From contig JBIIPZ010000014.1 of assembly GCA_044342325.1 (NCBI GenBank), positions 1 through 64,000 on the forward strand: a stretch of DNA of 64,000 nt, written 5' to 3'. This stretch comes from Terrimicrobiaceae bacterium (lineage in GTDB: Bacteria > Verrucomicrobiota > Verrucomicrobiia > Chthoniobacterales > Terrimicrobiaceae). Below the pieces are notes generated by a model that was not told the DNA's origin, searched no databases, and worked only from the letters and a program-made list of their open reading frames with translations. Shown here piece after piece: positions 28,486-38,558 of this stretch; the first letter of the stretch is position 1, and the number at the start of each line of letters is the position of its first letter. A program made the translations under genes and the position numbers.

Positions 28486-29303
28486 GCGACAATCCCACCT
28501 CGATCAAAGGCCTCACGTGGTCCGGCCACACGGACTGCGGGAAGGTGCGTAAAAACAATGAGGATTCTTTCCTCGGCCTGCTCGTCGATGCGCACGGGGC
28601 TCAATGGCTCGGAAAGATAGGCGAGGCGGATGTCGCCAAATCCGACTTCGTATTTGCCGTAAGCGATGGGATGGGCGGCGCAAAGGCCGGGGAGTTCGCG
28701 AGCAAGATTGCCGTGGAAAAAATTACCAAGCTTCTGCCATCGGTCTTCGCACAGGGCGCTTCGGGCATTTCCAGCGGATTTCGCGATGTGCTTCAGGAAG
28801 TCTTCGTCGAAATCCACCGCGCGCTGCTGTATCTCGGCTCCTGCTACGAGGAGTGTCGTGGCATGGGAGCCACGCTGAGTCTATGCTGGTTCACTCCGGG
28901 ATGGATGTATTTCGCTCATATCGGCGACAGCCGTATTTACTTCCTCCCGGCGTCGGGCGGCATGAAACAGATCACCAACGACGACACCTATGTCGGCTGG
29001 CTTTATCGAAACGGCCAAATCAACGAGCGCGAAGCAAAATGCCACCCTCAGCGAAATGTCCTCCAAAAAGTCCTCGGCGCGGACCCGCAACAGATCGAAC
29101 CCCAGACAGGCGCCGTGGGACTCGAGCCTGGCGACCGGTTTCTGCTCTGCACGGATGGCGTGACCGATGGCCTCTTCGACAGCCGAATAGAGGATATCCT
29201 GCGCAACACACCCCGGGAGGCTGCTCCGGTTCTCATTCACGAGGCGATAGCCGCCTCCGGCCGCGACAATACCACTGCAGTGGTGGTGGATATTGTCGGG
29301 TAG
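28482..29303 (+). CDS. PP2C-family Ser/Thr protein phosphatase
   Basis: RKNNEDS, VSDGMGG, HIGDSR, LLCTDG, GRDNTT. Confidence 0.95.
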   Translation: MSDNPTSIKGLTWSGHTDCGKVRKNNEDSFLGLLVDAHGAQWLGKIGEADVAKSDFVFAVSDGMGGAKAGEFASKIAVEKITKLLPSVFAQGASGISSGFRDVLQEVFVEIHRALLYLGSCYEECRGMGATLSLCWFTPGWMYFAHIGDSRIYFLPASGGMKQITNDDTYVGWLYRNGQINEREAKCHPQRNVLQKVLGADPQQIEPQTGAVGLEPGDRFLLCTDGVTDGLFDSRIEDILRNTPREAAPVLIHEAIAASGRDNTTAVVVDIVG

Positions 29304-29356
29304 CCCTTTTGAAAACTTGGCGCGGCGGCTTTTGCGGTGCTACCCTTACGCACTCC

Positions 29357-31018
29357 ATGCAACCGCCGCCTGTCACCAAATACCGGCCCTTTCCACAAGT
29401 CGATCTTCCCGATCGTCAGTGGCCAAGCCGCGCTCTGACCTCCGCTCCCATTTGGTGCAGCGTTGATCTCCGCGACGGCAATCAAGCGCTCGCACAACCG
29501 ATGAGCGTGGAAGAAAAGCTCGAGTATTTTGCCATGCTCGTCGGCATTGGCTTCAAGGAAATCGAAATTGGTTTCCCCTCCGCCTCACAGATCGAATTCG
29601 ATTTCTGCCGCCGCCTCATCGAGGAGAACCTGATTCCGCAGGATGTCTCGATTCAAATCCTCTGCCAGTGCCGGGAAGACCTCATCGTGCGCTCGCTCGA
29701 GGCCTTGCGCGGCGCGCGCAGCATTATTTTTCACCTCTACAACTCGACCTCGCCGAAGCAGCGCGAGTATGTCTTCAACTCGACCCGAGAGCAGATCGTC
29801 TCCATCGCCACGCATGCGGTTTTGTTTTTAAAGGAGAAAATGCAGCCACTGGTGGCTGAAGGCTCGCGCATTCGTTTGGAATACTCGCCCGAGAGCTTCA
29901 CGAGCACGGAACTCGATTTCGCGCTCCAGATTTGTGAGGCCGTGACTGATGTCTGGCAGCCGACTTCCGAAAACAAAATCATTCTCAATCTCCCGGCCAC
30001 GGTCGAATACGCGACGCCAAATATCCACGCCGATCAGATCGAGTGGATGTCCCGCCACCTGACCCGCCGCGATCTCACTACGCTCTCGCTTCACACGCAC
30101 AACGACCGCGGCACCGGCACCGCCGCCACCGAGTTGGGACTCCTCGCAGGAGCCGATCGCGTAGAGGGCACGCTCTTCGGAGTCGGTGAGCGCACCGGCA
30201 ACCTCGATATCGTCACGGTCGCACTGAATCTCTACACACACGGCATTCATCCCCACCTCGACCTCAGCCGGCTCAACGCGATCCGCGATGTTTACGAGCG
30301 TTGCACCCGTATGGAGGTTCATCCCCGCCACCCCTACGCCGGCGACCTCGCTTTCACGGCCTTCAGCGGTTCGCATCAGGATGCCATCAAAAAATCATGG
30401 GCCCTCCAAGCCGAAGGCAAGCCGTGGGATACTCTCTACATTCCGATCGACCCCGCCGATATCGGCCGCAGCTACAAAGCGATCATCCGCATCAATTCCC
30501 AGTCCGGCAAAGGCGGCGTCGCTTACATCCTCGAAACGGAATTCGGCTACCAGCTTCCCAAGTCTCTCCAAAAAGAACTCGGCCGCATCGTCAATGCCGT
30601 CTCGGACGAAAAAGGCACCGAACTCGAAGCCGAGGAAATCCACGGGCTTTTCCTGAAAACCTATGTCCTGCGTGAAGGCGCAGTGAGCCTGCGCGAGTTT
30701 CGCGCCATCGAGCGCGGCGAGCAGGTCACCATCGAAGCCGACATCGTCCTCCAAGGGCAACCCGTCACAGTCCGCGGTTCCGGCAATGGCCCGATCGCCG
30801 CATTCGTCCACGCCCTCGGCCAAACGAACATCCCGCCTTTCGAAATCCAAAGCTACTCCGAGCACTCGCTCGGCGCCGGAGCCGATGCCCGCGCCGTGAG
30901 CTACATCGAAATCAAAACCGCCGCCGCCCGCTCCTACTTCGGCGTCGGCAGCGACACCAACATCGAACTCGCTTCCATCCACGCCATCATCAGCGCCCTG
31001 AACCGCGCCATCCAATAA
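29357..31018 (+). CDS. leuA: 2-isopropylmalate synthase (yeast/actinobacterial-type LeuA)
   Basis: [55 protein letters not shown]. Start at ATG 29357. Confidence 0.96.
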   Translation: MQPPPVTKYRPFPQVDLPDRQWPSRALTSAPIWCSVDLRDGNQALAQPMSVEEKLEYFAMLVGIGFKEIEIGFPSASQIEFDFCRRLIEENLIPQDVSIQILCQCREDLIVRSLEALRGARSIIFHLYNSTSPKQREYVFNSTREQIVSIATHAVLFLKEKMQPLVAEGSRIRLEYSPESFTSTELDFALQICEAVTDVWQPTSENKIILNLPATVEYATPNIHADQIEWMSRHLTRRDLTTLSLHTHNDRGTGTAATELGLLAGADRVEGTLFGVGERTGNLDIVTVALNLYTHGIHPHLDLSRLNAIRDVYERCTRMEVHPRHPYAGDLAFTAFSGSHQDAIKKSWALQAEGKPWDTLYIPIDPADIGRSYKAIIRINSQSGKGGVAYILETEFGYQLPKSLQKELGRIVNAVSDEKGTELEAEEIHGLFLKTYVLREGAVSLREFRAIERGEQVTIEADIVLQGQPVTVRGSGNGPIAAFVHALGQTNIPPFEIQSYSEHSLGAGADARAVSYIEIKTAAARSYFGVGSDTNIELASIHAIISALNRAIQ

Positions 31019-31025
31019 TTCCTCC

Positions 31026-32072
31026 ATGAAAACCCTCGTTACTGGCTCCTCTGGCCTCATCGGTTCCGAAGTCTCGATTTTTTTTGCCCGACAGGGCTGT
31101 TCCATCTACGGGGTGGACAACAACCAACGTGCGGCATTTTTTGGACCCCAAGGCGACACGCGCTGGAACCAAAAACGCCTCGCCGATCTCATCCCCGGCT
31201 TCACCCACCACGAACTCGACATCCGAGACCGGCAGGGCGTTCTCGACCTCGTTGCAAAAGTTAAACCCGACATCATCATCCACACCGCCGCACAGCCTTC
31301 GCACGATCGCGCGGCGGCGATTCCTTTTGACGACTTCGACACCAACGCCGTCGGCACACTGAACCTCCTCGAAGCCGCCCGGCAAGCCTGTCCCCAGTCG
31401 CCGTTCGTCCACATGTCCACGAACAAAGTTTACGGCGATCGGCCAAATACCATCCCGCTCCGCGAACTCGACACGCGCTGGGATTACGACGATCCCACCT
31501 ATGAACACGGCATCACCGAATCCTTTTCGATCGACCAATCGAAACACTCCCTCTTCGGCGCATCCAAAGTCGCGGCGGATGTCATGGTGCAGGAATACGG
31601 ACGCTATTTCGACATGCCCACCTGCTGTCTGCGTGGGGGCTGCCTCACTGGCCCGAACCACTCCGGCGTGGAACTCCACGGATTCCTCAGCTACCTCGTG
31701 AAATGCAATCTCGAAGGCCGCGAATACAAGGTTTTCGGCTACAAAGGCAAGCAGGTGCGCGACAACATCCACAGCGAGGATGTGGCCCGCTTCATGTGGG
31801 AATTCTGCAAAGCCCCCCGCATCGCGGAGGTCTACAATCTCGGCGGCGGAAAACAAAATTCCTGCTCCATTCTCGAAGCCTTCCAAATCGCAGAATCCTT
31901 CACCGGAAAGAAACAAGCCTTCACCTATGTGGACCAAAACCGCATCGGCGACCACATCTGCTACTACAGCGACCTCCGGAAAATGAAATCCCACTACTCG
32001 GCGTGGGACATCACCATCAGCCTCACCGAAACCATCCGCCAAATCGTCGAAGCCTGGAAGACACGCGGGTAA
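31026..32072 (+). CDS. NAD-dependent epimerase/dehydratase (CDP-paratose 2-epimerase-like)
   Basis: [29 protein letters not shown]. Confidence 0.88.
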   Translation: MKTLVTGSSGLIGSEVSIFFARQGCSIYGVDNNQRAAFFGPQGDTRWNQKRLADLIPGFTHHELDIRDRQGVLDLVAKVKPDIIIHTAAQPSHDRAAAIPFDDFDTNAVGTLNLLEAARQACPQSPFVHMSTNKVYGDRPNTIPLRELDTRWDYDDPTYEHGITESFSIDQSKHSLFGASKVAADVMVQEYGRYFDMPTCCLRGGCLTGPNHSGVELHGFLSYLVKCNLEGREYKVFGYKGKQVRDNIHSEDVARFMWEFCKAPRIAEVYNLGGGKQNSCSILEAFQIAESFTGKKQAFTYVDQNRIGDHICYYSDLRKMKSHYSAWDITISLTETIRQIVEAWKTRG

Positions 32073-32082
32073 CATCCTCCCC

Positions 32083-32274
32083 ATGAGCAAATACCGCCCG
32101 GATGTGGAAAAGCAAAATCCCGTTGCCTCGCCAGTATTGATTGAAGGAAACTTGCTCGATGTTTTAGGAGATTCCGAAGCTGGGGAGATGGAATTGGAAA
32201 TTCCACAATTCAAAGAAAGCCTGGCTCCTACCGACCTTCAGGCCCAATACCTGTATGTTGAGAGACTTCTGTAA
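32083..32274 (+). CDS. Small hypothetical protein, possibly an antitoxin C-terminal remnant
   Basis: NLLDVLGDSEAGEMELEIPQF..PTDL resembles the acidic tails of VapB/Phd-type antitoxins. Confidence 0.35.
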   Translation: MSKYRPDVEKQNPVASPVLIEGNLLDVLGDSEAGEMELEIPQFKESLAPTDLQAQYLYVERLL

Positions 32275-32280
32275 ATTTGC

Positions 32281-32541
32281 ATGAAAAACGAGTATTCCGT
32301 CGAAGAAGCACAGGTGAGCCTTCCACGCATTCTGCGCGAAGCAGAGGAGCAGACAGTTATCATAACCCGCCGGGACAAGACGGTCGGCTACCTTCTTTCT
32401 CCGGAAAGATTCGAGGCGATGCTGGAGACGATGGAAATCATGTCGAATCCTTTAGCTATGGAGGCGATACGGGATCACAAATCCGGAAAAACGAAATTCT
32501 TGCCTCTTGATACCTTGAACGAGAGCCTGCAGAGCCGCTAA
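32281..32541 (+). CDS. Phd/YefM family antitoxin (orphan)
   Basis: YSVEEAQVSLPRIL, VIITRR, LLSPERFEAMLETMEIMSNP. Confidence 0.85.
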   Translation: MKNEYSVEEAQVSLPRILREAEEQTVIITRRDKTVGYLLSPERFEAMLETMEIMSNPLAMEAIRDHKSGKTKFLPLDTLNESLQSR

Positions 32542-32556
32542 AAAGCCCATCATCAC

Positions 32557-33639
32557 ATGAAACTCTTCCTCACCGGCATTTGCGGCTTCGCCGGATCTGT
32601 GATCACACGCACTCTGCTCGAGCATCGGTCGGGCCTCGAAATCCTCGGCCTCGACAATCTCTCCCGTAAAGGCAGCGAGACGAATCTGGAGCCGCTCCGT
32701 GCTCTGGGCTGCGATATCCGCATCGGCGATGTGCGCGACCGGACTTTGCTTGAAAGCCTTCCGGCAGTGGATTGGATCATCGACTGCGCGGCGAATCCCA
32801 GTGTGCTTGCCGGGGTGGATGGTTCCTCGAGCCGCGATCTGGTGGACCAGAATCTTTACGGCACCGTGAATCTCCTGGAACTCTGCAAAACATGGAAAGC
32901 GGGGTTCACGCTACTCTCGACAAGTCGCGTCTATTCGATCGCCGCGCTGGCAGGATTGCCGATGGAAAAAACTCCGGCCCGCTTTGAGTTGCCATCCACC
33001 GCATCCGGCCCAGGCTGGTCGCGCAGCGGAATCACCGAGCGGTTTTCCACAGCGCCACCGGTCAGCCTCTACGGCAGCACGAAGCTCTGCTCCGAATGGC
33101 TCGCACTCGAATACGGCGACGCCTACGGCTTCCCCGTCTGGATCAATCGCTGCGGCGTCCTCGCGGGCGCAGGTCAATTCGGCAAAGCCGACCAAGGCAT
33201 TTTCTCATTTTGGATCCACTCTTGGCGCGCTGGGCGTCCGCTGAAATACATCGGCTTCGGCGGCTCGGGATTCCAAGTCCGCGACTGCCTACATCCGAGG
33301 GATATCGCCCCGCTCCTCCTCAAGCAGATTGATTTCCGTGGCGCGGAAAAACCCCGCACCGTCAACCTCGCCGGCGGTCACGAAAACTCCATGTCCTTGC
33401 GAGAACTCTCCGCATGGTGCGCGGATAAAATCGGCCCCGCTCTCGCCATCAACGACCCGAATCACATTTCCAGCGACCAATCCAGCCGCCCCTTCGACAT
33501 TCCGTGGGCCATCCTCGACCCAGCCCTCGCCCGCGAAGCTTGGGGATGGGAACCCACCACCACCTTGCCTCATATCCTTGAGGAAATCCGGTCGCATGCA
33601 GAATCAAACCCCGACTGGCTCGATCTCGTCACTGGCTGA
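32557..33639 (+). CDS. NAD-dependent epimerase/dehydratase (CDP-paratose 2-epimerase-like)
   Basis: TGICGFAG, STSRVY, YGSTK, GFQVRDCLH. Confidence 0.88.
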   Translation: MKLFLTGICGFAGSVITRTLLEHRSGLEILGLDNLSRKGSETNLEPLRALGCDIRIGDVRDRTLLESLPAVDWIIDCAANPSVLAGVDGSSSRDLVDQNLYGTVNLLELCKTWKAGFTLLSTSRVYSIAALAGLPMEKTPARFELPSTASGPGWSRSGITERFSTAPPVSLYGSTKLCSEWLALEYGDAYGFPVWINRCGVLAGAGQFGKADQGIFSFWIHSWRAGRPLKYIGFGGSGFQVRDCLHPRDIAPLLLKQIDFRGAEKPRTVNLAGGHENSMSLRELSAWCADKIGPALAINDPNHISSDQSSRPFDIPWAILDPALAREAWGWEPTTTLPHILEEIRSHAESNPDWLDLVTG

Positions 33640-33685
33640 AAGTTGATCTTAAAATGGACACGGGAGTGTGATTGGATATCGCCCG

Positions 33686-34375
33686 ATGTCTTCGCCCTCT
33701 TTCATCCGCTCGCCGCTGGCGGCTTATATGACGCCGTTTTTCGTTTTCATGGGCGGGTTGATGTTGGTGTCTCTCGTCAAAAATCCCGCTGCCGATTCAC
33801 TCTGGTTGCGGAGTCCGGAGTATTGGGTTTATCCGCTTCAGACAGCGCTCTGCGGAGCGGTGCTGGTTTTTTACTGGCGTCAATATGACTTCGGGAAACG
33901 CGGAGGAACTGGTCTGGCGCTGGCTGCCGGGGTGGTGGTGCTGGCTCTCTGGATCGCTCCACAGGCTTTTCTGGGAGCGGGCGCGAGGGTGGATGGGTTT
34001 GATCCCTCGGTGTTTGGCGAGGGTTCCGCGCTTTACTGGATGACTGTCGCCGCGCGGTTTGCGCGGTTGGTGATCATTGTTCCTTTGGTGGAGGAAATTT
34101 TTTGGCGTGGGTTTTTGATGCGGTATCTGATTCGAGAGGATTTCACCTCACTGCCGGTGGGTGCATTTCAATGGAAATCCTTCGCCGCAGTGGCGGTTTG
34201 TTTTATGTTGGTCCACGGCATGGCGGATTGGCCGGCGGCCTTGCTCTGCGGAGTGATTTACAATTTCGTGGCTGTGCGGACGGGCAGTCTCGGCGCCTGC
34301 GTGCTCGCACACGGGGTGACAAACCTCGGTCTCGGCCTTTACATTATGACAACGAGGCAATGGGGATTCTGGTAA
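33686..34375 (+). CDS. CAAX prenyl protease-related (Abi/CPBP) membrane protein
   Basis: EEIFWRG, FMLVH, HGVTN. Confidence 0.88.
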   Translation: MSSPSFIRSPLAAYMTPFFVFMGGLMLVSLVKNPAADSLWLRSPEYWVYPLQTALCGAVLVFYWRQYDFGKRGGTGLALAAGVVVLALWIAPQAFLGAGARVDGFDPSVFGEGSALYWMTVAARFARLVIIVPLVEEIFWRGFLMRYLIREDFTSLPVGAFQWKSFAAVAVCFMLVHGMADWPAALLCGVIYNFVAVRTGSLGACVLAHGVTNLGLGLYIMTTRQWGFW

Positions 34376-34379
34376 TTTT

Positions 34380-36002
34380 ATGAAAATCGGTTTGGCTCAG
34401 ATTAACTCGACGGTGGGCGATTTGGCGGGGAATTCCCGCCGGATTGTGGAGGCATGCCGATCGCTGGAGGCTCAAGGTGCGGATGTCATTCTCACGCCGG
34501 AATTGGTCCTCACTGGCTACCCGCCGCAGGATTTACTTTTTCAGTCCGACTTTGTGCCGATGAGCTTGGCGGCTCTCGAGGAAATCCACCGCGAAGTGGG
34601 CTCAGCGGCATGGATTGTTGGCTGTGTGCAAAAGAACCCCACTTCATCGGGACGGCCATTTTTCAATGCGGCAGCTGTTCTGGAGCGCGGATGCGCGATT
34701 CGCTGGGTTCATAAGACACTCCTGCCGACCTATGATGTCTTCAACGAGTCGCGGTATTTTGAACCCTGTCAAAAACCGGCGCCGGTCGAAATTCGTGGCA
34801 CGATTTTCGGTATTACGATTTGCGAGGATATCTGGACCTCGGATTATCTACCGCGCCCATTGTATTCGTGTGATCCGGTGGAAACCCTCTGTGCCGCTGG
34901 AGCCACGGCGATTCTGAATCTGAGCGCATCGCCTTTCCAGCTCGGGAAGCCACAGCGCCGGGAAGAAATGATTAAAAATCAGGCCCTCCGACATGGTGTT
35001 CCTTTTTATTACTGTAACGCCATCGGTGGAAACGATGAACTGGTGTTCGATGGTCATTCGCTCGCAGTTGACGCGGATGGGGAAATCCAAACACGGCTTC
35101 CCGGCTTTGAAGAATCCACTCAAATCGCATGCGATCGATTGGTTGAAAAGGAATCCAGCGACCTTGAGGATTTGCGCCGCGCCTTGGTCCTCGGCGTTCG
35201 AGATTATGCATCCAAATGCGGCTTCAAGTCGGCTGTGCTGGGATTGAGCGGTGGCATAGACAGCGCAGTTGTAGCCTGCCTCGCAGTAGAAGCTTTGGGA
35301 GCAAATAAGGTGACCGGTGTCGCGATGCCGTCGCCCTTTTCCTCCTCGCATAGCGTGGAAGATGCGCTGACCCTTGCCAAGAATCTTGGCATCGAGTGCT
35401 TCAAAATCCCGATCGGCGAAAGCTTCGAAGTTTTTAAAAACCAGATGCGTCCAGTCTTTGGCGACCGACCGGAGGATGCCACGGAAGAAAACATGCAAGC
35501 GCGTCTTCGCGGGCTCACGCTGATGTCTCTCTCAAACAAATTCGGCCATCTTCTGCTCACGACTGGCAATAAAAGTGAACTCGCCGTGGGTTATTGCACA
35601 CTCTACGGGGATATGGCTGGCGGACTCGCTGCCATATCGGATGTGCCAAAGACTCTTGTTTACAAACTGGCCGAGCATCTGAATCGCGACAGGGAAATCA
35701 TACCTCGCCGCACGATCGACAAACCGCCAAGCGCGGAACTCCGTCCCGATCAGAAAGACCAGGATACGCTGCCGCCTTACGATGTCCTCGATGCTATTCT
35801 TAAACTCTATGTGGAAGAAAATCGCGGTGTGGGCGAAATCGTGGCCGCTGGCTTCGATGCTGAAACCGTGCGCTGGGTGACGCGCAAAGTGGACTTCAAC
35901 GAATACAAACGCGAACAAGCCGCTCCCGGTCTCAAAATCACAAGCCGCGCATTCGGCATGGGACGGCGCATGCCAATCGCCCAAAGATTTTTCTCAAAAT
36001 GA
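34380..36002 (+). CDS. nadE: Glutamine-dependent NAD+ synthetase
   Basis: Nitrilase domain (PEL, K, ICEDIW) fused to GLSGGIDS, ENMQAR, TGNKSE, PPSAEL. Confidence 0.97.
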   Translation: MKIGLAQINSTVGDLAGNSRRIVEACRSLEAQGADVILTPELVLTGYPPQDLLFQSDFVPMSLAALEEIHREVGSAAWIVGCVQKNPTSSGRPFFNAAAVLERGCAIRWVHKTLLPTYDVFNESRYFEPCQKPAPVEIRGTIFGITICEDIWTSDYLPRPLYSCDPVETLCAAGATAILNLSASPFQLGKPQRREEMIKNQALRHGVPFYYCNAIGGNDELVFDGHSLAVDADGEIQTRLPGFEESTQIACDRLVEKESSDLEDLRRALVLGVRDYASKCGFKSAVLGLSGGIDSAVVACLAVEALGANKVTGVAMPSPFSSSHSVEDALTLAKNLGIECFKIPIGESFEVFKNQMRPVFGDRPEDATEENMQARLRGLTLMSLSNKFGHLLLTTGNKSELAVGYCTLYGDMAGGLAAISDVPKTLVYKLAEHLNRDREIIPRRTIDKPPSAELRPDQKDQDTLPPYDVLDAILKLYVEENRGVGEIVAAGFDAETVRWVTRKVDFNEYKREQAAPGLKITSRAFGMGRRMPIAQRFFSK

Positions 36003-36025
36003 ACGCCTCATGGACATTTCCCAAA

Positions 36026-36261
36026 GTGTCAACAGTGTGTGAACAACTTGTGAATCTATGCCAGCAAAGTTTAACAACTCGCCGAAAATCCAGAGTTTTT
36101 CAGAGCCATTATTTTTCACTCACAGCTTCTTCACAAAGTCAAAAACGCGTGGAACACCCACTGGGAGCCTGAGGAACACACTTCTTCGCGGTTGTTCACA
36201 GCATTAAGAAGAAGAAGTTTCCTGAAAAATAATTTCTTTATTATTAAAGCATGTGAACAAC
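36026..36261. other. Putative replication origin oriC (DnaA-box cluster plus unwinding element)
   Basis: TTGTTCACA boxes at 36038-46(-), 36192-200(+) and 36252-60(-); variants at 36049-57(-), 36112-20(+) and 36127-35(+). AT-rich 36201-36251 with TAA-GAA-GAA-GAA trios. Confidence 0.6.
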
Positions 36262-36354
36262 CTCTCAGCAGATGGAATTTCAGAGCGCTGAACACACTTT
36301 GCACTTGCTGCCCAACCTGCTAAAAATCCGCGCCAACCATTCAATTTAACCACC

Positions 36355-37332
36355 ATGTCACAAGGCCCCGTTTCGCAATTCATCGACCTTCACTATCGCC
36401 ACTTCAATGCCGCTGCTCTCAAAGATGCCGCTGAAGCCTACACGCGCCATCTCGACCAGGGCGGTATCATGCTCATGACACTTGCCGGCGCCATGAGCAC
36501 GGCGGAGTTGGGCATTTCCCTCGCCGAGATGATTCGTCAGGGAAAAGTCCACGGCATCGTTTGCACAGGAGCTAATCTTGAGGAGGATATCTTCAATCTA
36601 GTGGCTCACGATTTCTACGAGCGTATTCCGAACTATCGCGACCTCACACCGGCTGATGAGCAGGCACTTCTCGCCCGCCACATGAATCGCGTTACCGACA
36701 CCTGTATTCCTGAGATGGAGGCCATGCGCCGGATCGAGGATGTGATTCTCAAAGAATGGATGGCCGCCGATGCCAAAGGGGAGCGTCTATTCCCTCATGA
36801 GTTCTTCTGGCGGATTCTTGATTCACCCGAACTCCAAAAGAGCTTCCAGATCGACCCCAAGAATAGCTGGATGATCGCCGCCAAGGAGAAAAACCTCCCT
36901 ATGTTTGTTCCTGGTTGGGAGGATTCCACTCTCGGAAACATGTATGCCGGTCATTGCATCGAAGGGGATGTGAAAAATGTTCACACGGTCCGCTCTGGCA
37001 TCGAATACATGATGTCGCTGGCTGAATGGTATGCGCCGACTAGCCACAAAACGCCCATCGGCTTTTTCCAAATAGGCGGCGGTATCGCAGGCGACTTCCC
37101 GATCTGCGTGGTTCCGATGCTCCACCAGGACCTACGCCGCACCGATGTGCCGTTGTGGGGTTACTTCTGCCAGATTAGCGATTCCACAACGAGTTATGGA
37201 AGTTATTCCGGTGCAGTTCCAAATGAAAAAATTACTTGGGGCAAGCTTGGGGAAAACACGCCAAAATACATAATTGAGTCTGATGCCACGATCGTTGCCC
37301 CGCTCATCTTTGCAAAAGTCCTCGGCTGGTAA
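36355..37332 (+). CDS. Deoxyhypusine synthase-like protein
   Basis: LAGAMSTAELG, TGANLEED, IGGG, SYSGAVPNEKITWGK, ESDATIV. Confidence 0.9.
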   Translation: MSQGPVSQFIDLHYRHFNAAALKDAAEAYTRHLDQGGIMLMTLAGAMSTAELGISLAEMIRQGKVHGIVCTGANLEEDIFNLVAHDFYERIPNYRDLTPADEQALLARHMNRVTDTCIPEMEAMRRIEDVILKEWMAADAKGERLFPHEFFWRILDSPELQKSFQIDPKNSWMIAAKEKNLPMFVPGWEDSTLGNMYAGHCIEGDVKNVHTVRSGIEYMMSLAEWYAPTSHKTPIGFFQIGGGIAGDFPICVVPMLHQDLRRTDVPLWGYFCQISDSTTSYGSYSGAVPNEKITWGKLGENTPKYIIESDATIVAPLIFAKVLGW

Positions 37333-37358
37333 TTACACCCTCATTCCGAGTCGTGCAT

Positions 37359-37388
37359 CTTAAGACTTAATCCCTAAAACTTAAAACT
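37359..37388 (-). repeat. Short tandem heptamer repeat (AAGTTTT family, reverse strand)
   Basis: cttaagacttaatccctaaaacttaaaact. Confidence 0.45.
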
Positions 37389-37395
37389 CCGGCAT

Positions 37396-38283
37396 ATGCA
37401 CATCCTCGACATTCTCAAACCCGGAAAACCGACCGTATCGTTCGAGTTTTTCCCGCCGAAGACCACCGAGGCGCAGCATGCTCTCTACGACACAATCCGC
37501 GAGCTGGAAAAAATCCATCCGAACTTCGTCAGTGTGACCTATGGCGCAGGCGGATCGACTCGTGAACTCACGCACGATCTGGTTTTGCGCCTGAAGACCA
37601 CCACAACGCTGGACCCGGTGCCGCACTTGACTTGCGTTGGACATACCCGCGAAGAGATCACAGCCATCCTCGAGCGCTATGCCGCTGCAGGAGTGAGCAA
37701 CATTCTCGCCCTCCGAGGCGATCCCCCGCGCGACAAACCCGACTACAACCATGCGGGGGATACATTTCCGCAGGCTGTGGATCTTGTGAGTTTCGTCAAA
37801 AGTTTCAGCGGACATCCCGATGCGCGCGGCTTCGGCATCGGTGTGGCTGGGTTTCCAGAAGGCCACCCTGCCACGCCCAATCGCCTGTTGGAGATGGACT
37901 ACCTCAAAGCGAAAGTAGACGCAGGAGCGGATTACATCTGCACCCAACTTTTTTTCGATAACCACGACTTCTACGACTTTCGTGAGCGGTGCGCGCTGGC
38001 AGGTATTAATGTGCCGATCATTGCCGGCATCATGCCCGTGACCAGCCAATCCTCGATGCGTCGAATGGCCGAACTCGCAGGCGGCGCCCGTTTTCCTGGA
38101 CGGCTTCTCAAGGCCTTGCAACGCGCTGGCGACTCGAGTGAGGCCTTCCGCCAGATCGGACTCCACTACGCCACCGAGCAATGCGCCGACCTTCTCGACC
38201 AAGGCGTTGCCGGCATCCATCTCTACACGCTCAACCAATCCACCGCCACGCGCGAAATCTGCCAGCGGCTGGGCATTCTCTAA
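37396..38283 (+). CDS. metF: 5,10-methylenetetrahydrofolate reductase
   Basis: SFEFFPPK, SVTYGAGG, HLTC, LRGD, TQLFFD, HLYTLN. Confidence 0.97.
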   Translation: MHILDILKPGKPTVSFEFFPPKTTEAQHALYDTIRELEKIHPNFVSVTYGAGGSTRELTHDLVLRLKTTTTLDPVPHLTCVGHTREEITAILERYAAAGVSNILALRGDPPRDKPDYNHAGDTFPQAVDLVSFVKSFSGHPDARGFGIGVAGFPEGHPATPNRLLEMDYLKAKVDAGADYICTQLFFDNHDFYDFRERCALAGINVPIIAGIMPVTSQSSMRRMAELAGGARFPGRLLKALQRAGDSSEAFRQIGLHYATEQCADLLDQGVAGIHLYTLNQSTATREICQRLGIL

Positions 38284-38294
38284 ACCCTGCGCCC

Positions 38295-38549
38295 ATGGCT
38301 GAAACACCAGACGCCATCGCAAAAAAAGAGGCCAAGCTTCTTAGAATCCTTTCCTCCGATATTCTCGAGATCGAGCCGGATTTCAAATGCACCGACGACC
38401 TCTTTGAAGCCGGCCTGGACTCCATGGCGATCATGCGTCTCCTCATCCATGTCGAAACCGCCTTCGGATGCCGCCTACCTGTGTCTCAAGTGAACCGTGA
38501 GAATTTCTCCACAGTGCAAAAAATCGCCGCCCTCATTCCGGCCGAGTAA
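38295..38549 (+). CDS. Acyl/peptidyl carrier protein
   Basis: DLFEAGLDSMAIM phosphopantetheine site; 84 aa. Confidence 0.9.
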   Translation: MAETPDAIAKKEAKLLRILSSDILEIEPDFKCTDDLFEAGLDSMAIMRLLIHVETAFGCRLPVSQVNRENFSTVQKIAALIPAE

Positions 38550-38558
38550 TTCCGTGCT

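Noticed and set aside
28604..29356. 251-aa N-terminal extension of LeuA in the ORF track
   Set aside because: It overlaps the PP2C gene in another frame, is Arg/Pro-rich shadow sequence, and LeuA homology starts at ATG 29357.
30990..32213. Long antisense ORFs (also 7346-8323, 37381-38322, 48146-49045 and others)
   Set aside because: They mirror well-supported genes on the opposite strand, as expected from GC-rich codon bias.
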